A stretch of DNA of 64,000 bases, taken from Candidatus Latescibacterota bacterium. Its GTDB lineage: Bacteria > Latescibacterota > UBA2968 > UBA8231. The notes beneath the pieces are model-generated. The model was not told the origin of the DNA. It did not search any database and saw nothing but the letters and a program-made list of their open reading frames with translations. This document shows, one piece after another, positions 29,148 through 36,719 of this stretch. Numbering within the stretch: position 1 is the stretch's first letter; each line of letters opens with the position of its first letter. A program made the translations under genes and the position numbers. The stretch covers positions 1,504,001 to 1,568,000 of the forward strand of contig OZ241889.1 of the NCBI GenBank assembly GCA_965203355.1, in the 5' to 3' direction.

Positions 29148-29974
29148 GACTCTCGCTTGCCCGAGCTAGAGGCCGACCCTTGGAATACGCTGCGCAAGCC
29201 GAGGCCAAATAGTTCGCCGAGGGCCGCGGCCGTTTGCAAGCCGCTATCTGTCTGTGCCGCGCTGGCTTGCCGTCGCTCCAAAGCCCGCGCGGTTTCGTAG
29301 CGGAGGACTCCGACGAACTGGCCCGCTGTGTCCACCACGGGCAGCGCGAAGAAGCTGCGCCACGCTGGGTGTTCCACCGCAGTTTGCCAAGTGGCACTGG
29401 CGGCAATGGATTCGACGTGGCGCGTGCAGACCGACGCGAGCGAGGCATCGGGTCGGGCGCCCATTAGTTCCCGCATATTGACCACGCCGACGAGTCGCTG
29501 ATCGTCGGCCACCACGTAGAGATAGTAGAGCGTGTACGCCGGATTGCGCTGGAGCCGGGCGAGCACTTGGCGCACTGGTTCCTGCTCGAATGCGGTGATC
29601 ACCTGCGGATCCATGAGTGCGCCGGCCGTATCCTCGGCGTAGATGAGCAGGTTCGCAATCGCGGCTTGCCGACGCGAGGGAAAGCAAGCGAGGATGGCGG
29701 CTTGGCGCTGGCTCGGCGTCGCCCGCAAGATGGCTGCAGCTAGGTCCGGGCGCACGGTGCTTAGTATGGCGGCCGCCGCTTCCGTAGATAGCTGCTCTAG
29801 GGCGAGGGCGGCAGAAAGCGACGGCAGGTAGTGCAAAAGGCCGGCGGCAACGGCTGGCGCGAGGTCGCCGAGCACCAGTGCCGCTTCTTGGTGCGACATG
29901 CCCGCGAGGACGCCTGTGACTTCCGCCGGATGATCGGTGGCAAATTGCGCGAGGAGTTGTTGGTCAAGATTCAC
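29144..29974 (-). CDS. MgtE N-terminal plus CBS domain protein lacking the TM domain
   Basis: YAEDTAGALM, YLYVV..LVGVV and ALPVVD motifs; no TM region. Confidence 0.8.
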   Translation of the reverse strand: MNLDQQLLAQFATDHPAEVTGVLAGMSHQEAALVLGDLAPAVAAGLLHYLPSLSAALALEQLSTEAAAAILSTVRPDLAAAILRATPSQRQAAILACFPSRRQAAIANLLIYAEDTAGALMDPQVITAFEQEPVRQVLARLQRNPAYTLYYLYVVADDQRLVGVVNMRELMGARPDASLASVCTRHVESIAASATWQTAVEHPAWRSFFALPVVDTAGQFVGVLRYETARALERRQASAAQTDSGLQTAAALGELFGLGLRSVFQGSASSSGKRES

Positions 29975-30788
29975 TGGGTACCTCCTTGCCTAGGCGGAGG
30001 CAGCGCTTTTCAAAGAACTGCTGGCCGGGGATGCCCAACTCGCCCTCGTCGTGCTCGACGAAAACGGTGGTGGCGGTCGTCCGCACGATGCGTCCGTTGT
30101 CGCTGCCGAGGCGAATGCGCTGCCCCACGCCGTAGGATTTGTTGACGTAGTGCATGGCGAGGATGTTGGCGATAATGCTGCGAGCCCCTAGCCCAAACGC
30201 AAAGGCCGCACCGGCGAGGAATGCGGCGAGCGCGATCGAGAAGATGTTCGTCAGCAGCGATACATCTACGCCGAGTTGCCTGATCGCCACGAGAATGGCC
30301 GTGCCGACGATGCCGCCCCGCACGAGGCGGGCCAGTTGCCGCCCCTGACGCGGCAGCAAGCGAAAGGCTGTAGCCGTGGCCGCATCGCTGATGAGGCGCC
30401 CGCCGACGAGGCCAGCAAACAGGACCGCGAGTGCTGCGATGACTTTGGGCAAGTATTGTGCTAAAGCGGCCAGATACGTGGTCAAAATCGGGAGCCCGAC
30501 CGCCTCACTGGCGACCATGACCGCGATCAACAAGACGAGCCAATAGACACTGCTTGAGAAAACGCGCCCAGCCTCTTGGTCGGCGAGGGCTTGTTGCCAA
30601 GCAACTGGGGCTAGCCGCTTGGAAAAACGCGCTACTAGGCGGCGCACGAGCGCACGGAGCGACCACGCCACGAGCCATCCGACGAACAGCACGACTAGGG
30701 CGACGACCAATTTGGGCAGCAGGTGGATGAAGCTCTCTTTTATGGAACCAAGGACGGCGATTACCTCAGCAGATGGGCTAGGCTCCAT
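29964..30788 (-). CDS. Small-conductance mechanosensitive-channel-like protein (CmpX-like TM repeats)
   Basis: LPKLVVALVVLFVGW and YLPKVIAAL repeats; AFAFGLG..IIANILA motif. Confidence 0.8.
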   Translation of the reverse strand: MEPSPSAEVIAVLGSIKESFIHLLPKLVVALVVLFVGWLVAWSLRALVRRLVARFSKRLAPVAWQQALADQEAGRVFSSSVYWLVLLIAVMVASEAVGLPILTTYLAALAQYLPKVIAALAVLFAGLVGGRLISDAATATAFRLLPRQGRQLARLVRGGIVGTAILVAIRQLGVDVSLLTNIFSIALAAFLAGAAFAFGLGARSIIANILAMHYVNKSYGVGQRIRLGSDNGRIVRTTATTVFVEHDEGELGIPGQQFFEKRCLRLGKEVPSES

Positions 30789-31127
30789 GAGACCCTCCGG
30801 TTACTTTTTGGTCTAATTACATTAAAGGCGATGGCCAGCCAATGAGAGGCTCTGTACGATGGCGAGATAATAGACGATCCCCATGATATGGTCAAACACC
30901 GCGCCCCCGGTGAAAACCATCAAATAGATGTCGCTGCCGCTGCGGAGATAGTGTGCAATTTAAGCGGCGGGACGCGCACGATGCTGACCAAGCGATCCAT
31001 CAGGCCGAGGCTAGGCCGTAAGGCTTGGTGGAGTTGAGGGAAGGGCGGGCCAACAGGCGGCGGTTGAATAGGGCTTCGGGTAGCCCCATGACCGCGGGTT
31101 TGCTGGCCTTGAAGTCCGCAGCTATTC

Positions 31128-31499
31128 CTAAATAGGACCTAACTCTTTGGCCCAAGCAGTCGTCCATCCGCAGCCGTCCGGCCTGTACTGATACTGGTAG
31201 CCGGTAATCGGCGCACCTCCATCGGACGCGGGTTTTTGCCAAGTAAGCGTCACCTGCCCGTCGCCGGAGGTGGCCGCGAGATTAGAAACCCTGCCCGGCG
31301 TACCCACCGGCGTGGTCGCCGCCGTGTTTGCTGGGCCTGGTCCCACCCTGTTGACGGCGCGGACCTTAAAGGTGTATTCCGTGCCGTTGGTCAAGCCGGC
31401 AATCGTTGCTCTCGCGTGTGCCACGTCCGTCCAGCCGCTGCTGTCCGGCCGATACTGATACTCGTAGCCGGTGAGCGCCGATCCGCCATTATCCGAGGG
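31128..31499 (-). pseudogene. Fibronectin type III repeat fragment
   Basis: PSDNGGSALTGYEYQY...GLTNGTEYTFKVRAVN..G...GDGQVTLTWQKPASDGGAPITGYQYQY; an upstream stop, no start or signal peptide, truncated mid-repeat. Confidence 0.8.
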
Positions 31500-31766
31500 T
31501 CAAGAGCATTGTACGCTTTAGGTCGAAGAAGCCTGCTGCAAGCCCACCTTGCGGCGTAGTGCATCCGCGTAGCAAGCAGATGGCGATTCTGCTCCGTGTG
31601 AATGGGTTGGGTTTCCGGCGCATTGGTGGTCAGTCATGGTAGCGTCGGCACACGGCGGCGTTCCAAATCCTCCGTCCGGCAGCGGGCGAACTGACGGTAG
31701 GGCTAGCGTGCGACAATGGGATGTGGCGCGGTTGCCGCTGTTGGGGCCAGCGGCTATTTTCCGGCT

Positions 31767-33710
31767 ATGCAAACGGAGCGAATTGGCTTGGAGGTGACTC
31801 GGCGGGCACTCGTATTGGGCGCGGGTGCAGCGCTATTCTTGAATCTGGCTTGTCCCTACTCAGTGCTCGTCCTGCAAAACGCGGGCCTGACCTCGGATTA
31901 CATTGCGGCTGGCGCGATGATGGTCTTTTTGGTGCTCGTCGGGCTGGTCAACCCCCTGCTGAAAGCCACAGTCAAGTCTTGGGCACTGCGCACGAGCGAA
32001 CTGGTGGTCGTGTACGCGATGATGGTCGTGGCGTCGGCGATTCCCACGTGGGGATTGGTGACGAACCTGTGCCACATCCTCACCCGCCCGTTCTACTACG
32101 CCACGCCAGAAAATCGCTGGACCGAGCTGATTCAACCGCTGATTCCCGCTTGGCTCGCGCCGGACGAACCTGAAGCCGCGCGTTTCTTCTACGAAGGACT
32201 GCCCGCGGGGATGGGCATTCCGTGGGGGGCTTGGCTGGTGCCGCTTATGGCGTGGGGCAGCGCGATGCTGGCGGTCTATCTGCTGATGATCGCCACGATG
32301 GTCGTCTTCCGGCGGCCTTGGGTCGAACAGGAGCGGCTGGTCTTTCCGCTGGCGCAGGTGCCCTTGGAAATGCTGCGCGGCAACGACGAGGGCATTTTCC
32401 CACAGTTGTTTCGCAATCCGCTGATGTGGGTCGGGTTTGCGCTGCCCTTTGCCATCCAAATGTTGGACGGGCTGAACCACTACTTCTTTTACGTGCCCGA
32501 GGTGCGGCTGGTGTTCGATCCGCTGATGCTGTTCCGCGATAGCGTACGGCTGCACATCTTCGTCAACTTCGCCATTATTGGCGTGGCGTACTTCCTCAAC
32601 CTCAACGTGGCCTTCTCGGTGTGGTTTTTCCACTTGTTGAGCCGCTGCCAGACCGGGGTTTTCAACGTCATCGGCTTTGAGGTCAAAGGGCACAATGAGG
32701 CACTGACGGGTTCTTCGGTGGCCCTGTCGCACCAAGGGATGGGGGCGATGCTGGTGCTAGTGGGGGCGATTTTGTGGACGGCGCGAGGTCACTTGCGCCA
32801 AGTGTTCAGCGCGGCGTTTAAGCGCGGGGTCCAAGCCGACGATGGCGACGAGATTCTCTCGTACCGGGTGGCCGTGTGGCTGTGGATTGTCTGCGCGGCT
32901 TACTTCCTCGGTTGGCTGATGCTGAGCGGGGTGCCGGTGGTGGCTGCGGTGGTATTTTTCGGCGGGGCGTTTGTCATTTTCTTGGCCATTGCGCGGGTCA
33001 TTGCCCAAGGTGGCGTGGGCTTCACCTCTTCGACGATGCTGCCGCAGCCCTTTGCGGTCTATACCTTGGGCACGGATGTCATCGGCTGGAAGGGGCTGGC
33101 GTCGATTAGCCTGAGTTATTCGTGGGCCGCTGAAATGCGTACCACGGTCATGGCTTCCACGGCCAACGCGCTCAAGCTGGCGCACGGGCATGGGGCCAAT
33201 CACCGCCGCCTGTTCTGGGGGCTGGTTATTGCGGTCGTCATCGGCATGATGGGGGCTTTCTGGATCACGCTCTATTTGAACTACACGCACGGCGGGATCA
33301 ATCTGCGCCAGTTCGGGGTGCCGACGCTGGCCTATCGCTTTTTGGAGGACAAGATTCACAATCCCGTCGGCTGGGATCACGTCCGTCCTCGGCTGCTGTT
33401 TACGGGTGTGGGCGCGGCCTTAATGGGCGGGCTGATTTACATGCAGCATCACTTTCCGTGGTGGCCGTTGCACTACATCGGGCTGCCGGTGAGCGACAGT
33501 TGGGTCATGGGGGTGGCGTGGTTTTCGGTGTTTTTGGGCTGGTTGGGCAAGGCCGTGGTCTTCAAGTTCACAGGTACGCGCGGCTACCGCGCCTACAAGC
33601 CTTTCTTCGCCGGGCTGATCGCCGGGCAGCTTTTAGGGGCGGCACTGTGGATGGTGATCGACTTTTGCCTGGGCGAGGTGGGGAATGTGGTGTACGTGGG
33701 GGTGCGATGA
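31767..33710 (+). CDS. Polytopic membrane protein, DUF6785/DUF6784-like (OPT-related)
   Basis: Many TM helices; WVEQERLVFPLAQVP, WWPLHYIG and PFFAGLIAG motifs shared with 48525-50429. Family name recalled, not verified. Confidence 0.7.
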   Translation: MQTERIGLEVTRRALVLGAGAALFLNLACPYSVLVLQNAGLTSDYIAAGAMMVFLVLVGLVNPLLKATVKSWALRTSELVVVYAMMVVASAIPTWGLVTNLCHILTRPFYYATPENRWTELIQPLIPAWLAPDEPEAARFFYEGLPAGMGIPWGAWLVPLMAWGSAMLAVYLLMIATMVVFRRPWVEQERLVFPLAQVPLEMLRGNDEGIFPQLFRNPLMWVGFALPFAIQMLDGLNHYFFYVPEVRLVFDPLMLFRDSVRLHIFVNFAIIGVAYFLNLNVAFSVWFFHLLSRCQTGVFNVIGFEVKGHNEALTGSSVALSHQGMGAMLVLVGAILWTARGHLRQVFSAAFKRGVQADDGDEILSYRVAVWLWIVCAAYFLGWLMLSGVPVVAAVVFFGGAFVIFLAIARVIAQGGVGFTSSTMLPQPFAVYTLGTDVIGWKGLASISLSYSWAAEMRTTVMASTANALKLAHGHGANHRRLFWGLVIAVVIGMMGAFWITLYLNYTHGGINLRQFGVPTLAYRFLEDKIHNPVGWDHVRPRLLFTGVGAALMGGLIYMQHHFPWWPLHYIGLPVSDSWVMGVAWFSVFLGWLGKAVVFKFTGTRGYRAYKPFFAGLIAGQLLGAALWMVIDFCLGEVGNVVYVGVR

Positions 33711-33783
33711 ACGGCCGCGGCTCAGAGAAGTTAGATGCCCGCGTTACAGGGCAACCACCCAGAGGGCGATGAACGACCGCGAC

Positions 33784-34512
33784 TCAGAGGATTTGGATGC
33801 CCCATTCAGCACACCGCGCTTTCACACGCGCAGCCGGTTCTAAGCTGATGAGGGCCCCTTCGACCGCTTTGTCGGGCTGCTGCCGCCGCACCAGTTCGAC
33901 CTTGTCGGCAAATCGATCCACCTCTTCGACCTTGCAGGCGGCCGACTTCACCTCAAAGACCAGCAGCGAACCGTTATCGATCAGAATATCGACTTCGTAG
34001 GTTCGTCCGGCCGGCCCGACTACCCCCTCCTCATCCGCTAGCTTCTGCCGCAGCCGTATGTTGTCGGCGGATAGGTCTTGCCGCTTCAGCCCAAAGCGCA
34101 ACGCCCCGGCCACCACGTCCTCCAACTTCCTACCGGCCCGCCGTTGGAATCCCCCGACCGTCAGATCGAGTTTATCGGTTCTATCTTTTATTTCGGCCGT
34201 CTGCTGTTTCATCTGCTCAAGCTGCTCATCGACTTTTTCAAATCGCTCATCAACTTTTTCAAATCGCTCATCGACTTTTTCAAACCGCTCATCGACTTTA
34301 TCAAACCGCTCGTTGACCTCCGAGCGGAATTGACCCAATTCGCCGCGGAGGGCATGTAACTCAGCGAGCACGGTGGCCACTTCCTTTTTGGTGGCAAACG
34401 CTTCAATGAACGCCGTATAGGCGCGCTGCTCCAACGCCGGGTGCCGTTTGAGCAGGGCCGGCAATTGCTTTTCGAGCGTCTCCAATAATTCTTCATCCGT
34501 TAAAAGAGCCAT
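33784..34512 (-). CDS. Coiled-coil protein with C-terminal PD-(D/E)XK-like domain
   Basis: AGGAGG RBS; (DERFEKV)n heptads; YEVDILI...VFEVKS motif. Confidence 0.75.
   Translation of the reverse strand: MALLTDEELLETLEKQLPALLKRHPALEQRAYTAFIEAFATKKEVATVLAELHALRGELGQFRSEVNERFDKVDERFEKVDERFEKVDERFEKVDEQLEQMKQQTAEIKDRTDKLDLTVGGFQRRAGRKLEDVVAGALRFGLKRQDLSADNIRLRQKLADEEGVVGPAGRTYEVDILIDNGSLLVFEVKSAACKVEEVDRFADKVELVRRQQPDKAVEGALISLEPAARVKARCAEWGIQIL
34228..34311 (-). repeat. 21-bp tandem repeat x4 encoding the ERFEKVD heptad
   Basis: Units of ATCGACTTTTTCAAATCGCTC with 1-2 mismatches. Confidence 0.9.
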
Positions 34513-34670
34513 ATTCTTCCTCCTCAATCTCAATATAGTATTTACGAATAGCATATAACCCGTGCAAGGGGTTGACGCCCATTGTGTATCCACGATTGAC
34601 GCATCCCGCGGATAGTTTCTATATATCTCAACATCCCACAGCAAAACCAATGCAAAGGAGTACAATTCTT

Positions 34671-35759
34671 ATGAGCGACAAAATGTACCGAGCAGCGGCC
34701 ATCGGCCGGACCGGACGAGGCGACTGGGGACACGGGTTGCACTTAGGTTTGAAGAACCATCCGCGCATTGAGGTGGTGGCGGTCGCCGATGAGGACGCGC
34801 AAGAAAGGCAGGCTAAACAGGAGGAATTGGCCTCTCCCCGCGCTTATGCCGACTGGCGCGAGATGCTAGCGGTTGAGCAGCCGGAGGTGGTGACGGTTGG
34901 CCCGCGCTGGACCGACTGTCACTTAGAGATGGTACTGGCCTGTTTGGAGGTGGGAGCGCACGTATACTGCGAAAAACCCATGACGTGGAACCTGGCCGAT
35001 GGCGACCAAATTGTGGCTAAGGCCGAGGCGACCAAGCGCAAGGTAGCGGTGGCGCATCAGGGAGCGTATCTACCGCGCATCCGGCACGTCAAGGAGGTAC
35101 TGACGCAGGGGCGGATCGGCGCGGTGCAGGCCATTCGCGCCCACGGCAAACAAGATTGGCGCGGCGGTGGCGAGGACATGATCGTGTTGGGGACGCACCT
35201 GTTCAATATGATGCGCTTGTTTGTCGGCGACGTGGCGTGGATGACGGCGCACGTCGCGCACGAAGGGCGTGCGCTAAAAATCGAAGATGTGCGCGAGGCG
35301 ACCGAGCCGGTGGGACCGGTCGCCGGCGATTGCATCAACAGCTATTTCGCCTTTGAGAGCGGCGTGGCCGGCTTTTTTGATTCGCGGAAATACGCCGAGG
35401 ATGGGGGGGCGCGGATGGGCCTGGCGATCGAGGGTAGCGAAGGCGTGATCGCGCTGCGCGGCGGCGGCAATGGTCCGGCCATGCTCTATCCGCATCCGGT
35501 GTTTGACCCGACCGATGCGCGTCAGCAGTGGGTCTCCTTAGACGCGGGGGCGGACGAATCCCTGAGCACGGGCAACGACTTGGCGGTCGCCGATTTGCTC
35601 GACGCGGCCGAAACAGACCGCGAGCCGTTGTCCAGTGCGCGCGACGCGGTGGCGGCTTTGGAGATGATCTTGGGGGCCTACGAGGCGGAGATTACCGGGG
35701 GGCGGGTGGCCTTCCCCATGCAGCGGCGAGAGCATCCGTTGATCGCTTGGCGGGCTTAG
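34671..35759 (+). CDS. Gfo/Idh/MocA family oxidoreductase
   Basis: AAGGAG RBS; AAIGRTGRG..GHG, HVYCEKP and LGTH motifs. Confidence 0.9.
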   Translation: MSDKMYRAAAIGRTGRGDWGHGLHLGLKNHPRIEVVAVADEDAQERQAKQEELASPRAYADWREMLAVEQPEVVTVGPRWTDCHLEMVLACLEVGAHVYCEKPMTWNLADGDQIVAKAEATKRKVAVAHQGAYLPRIRHVKEVLTQGRIGAVQAIRAHGKQDWRGGGEDMIVLGTHLFNMMRLFVGDVAWMTAHVAHEGRALKIEDVREATEPVGPVAGDCINSYFAFESGVAGFFDSRKYAEDGGARMGLAIEGSEGVIALRGGGNGPAMLYPHPVFDPTDARQQWVSLDAGADESLSTGNDLAVADLLDAAETDREPLSSARDAVAALEMILGAYEAEITGGRVAFPMQRREHPLIAWRA

Positions 35760-35777
35760 GTCGTCGTCTTCGTCAAA

Positions 35778-36116
35778 TTAGTGCGTTGCTTCGCTGATTT
35801 CAACGAGTGCCTCCTGTATTATCTTTAATGCGGCTGAGAGGGTCGTTAAAAGGATCATTTTCAAATGCGCGTTTGAACTATTGCCACAGGTAAGCCAAAT
35901 CACTTTTGGCGGCGGACCAAAACGCTCTAGCAAATCAATAAAATCCCGATCCTTGGTCATCACAATTGCGTTCGCCTCTCGCGCTCGATGAAAAACATCA
36001 GGATCCTTCGTCTTCCCAAGTTCCATATCGCGCAGATGGAGTACCTCAATGCCAAATGTATCTTGAATCCAAGGGGAGAGTTTAGGGGAGATATGAACAT
36101 CCAGCCAAAGTATCAC
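35778..36116 (-). CDS. DUF5615 PIN-like toxin (VapC45-like)
   Basis: LWLDVHISP, D.DVF..A, IVMTKDRDF and PPKVIWL.CGN motifs. Confidence 0.85.
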   Translation of the reverse strand: MILWLDVHISPKLSPWIQDTFGIEVLHLRDMELGKTKDPDVFHRAREANAIVMTKDRDFIDLLERFGPPPKVIWLTCGNSSNAHLKMILLTTLSAALKIIQEALVEISEATH

Positions 36117-36337
36117 GCAGCAAGAACCGGATGGTTGAGCCGTTGACTGGCAAACCGCAGACAGGCGCGAATGTCTTCCAGTTCAAGGTCGGGATGCTCG
36201 TCCAAGATCTGTTCGCTACTTAGGCCATGGGCGAGCAAGTCCAGCACATCGGTGACGCGAATGCGCATCCCTCGAATACAGGGCCGTCCCCCGCATTGCT
36301 CGGGATCTACCGTGATGCGATCTTGCAGAATGGTCAC
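36113..36337 (-). CDS. DUF433 antitoxin
   Basis: RITVDPEQCGGRPCIRGMRIRV...HPDLELEDIRACL; AGGAGG RBS; 4-nt overlap with the toxin gene. Confidence 0.9.
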   Translation of the reverse strand: MTILQDRITVDPEQCGGRPCIRGMRIRVTDVLDLLAHGLSSEQILDEHPDLELEDIRACLRFASQRLNHPVLAA

Positions 36338-36443
36338 AGCGCACCTCCTTGGGCAAATTACGCGAGGATGATGTCGAGAATTTGCGTTACATCAACGATC
36401 CCGACAAGGACCACAACGGTTGGGGACGCCCGTGGGTCCCTAC

Positions 36444-36561
36444 CGGTCGCCGATTTGCGCGACGCGGTAGCGGCCTTGGGGGCCTACGAGGCGGAGATTA
36501 CCGGGGGGCGGGTGGCCTTCCCCATGCAGCGGCGAGAGCATCCGTTGATCGCTTGGCGGGC
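36444..36561 (+). repeat. Duplicate of the Gfo/Idh/MocA gene 3' end
   Basis: 36475-36561 is identical to 35669-35755 (87 bp). 36444-36474 matches two further upstream segments with internal deletions. Confidence 0.95.
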
Positions 36562-36719
36562 GGGGTGCTAGGCCGGAACCGACCCGAGTAGTTGATTTTT
36601 GTGCCTTGACGGGCTGGCCTGAATTTACTCTATTAACCATTTCTATGGCACACTTGTGCAAAACTTGCGGCAAGTGCGCTAGATTTTACTTCACCTCTAG
36701 CACGTTACAGGAGGCACTC

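Noticed and set aside
30850-31140. Structured ncRNA or MITE
   Set aside because: Only short inverted repeats, no second copy in the window and no recognisable family.
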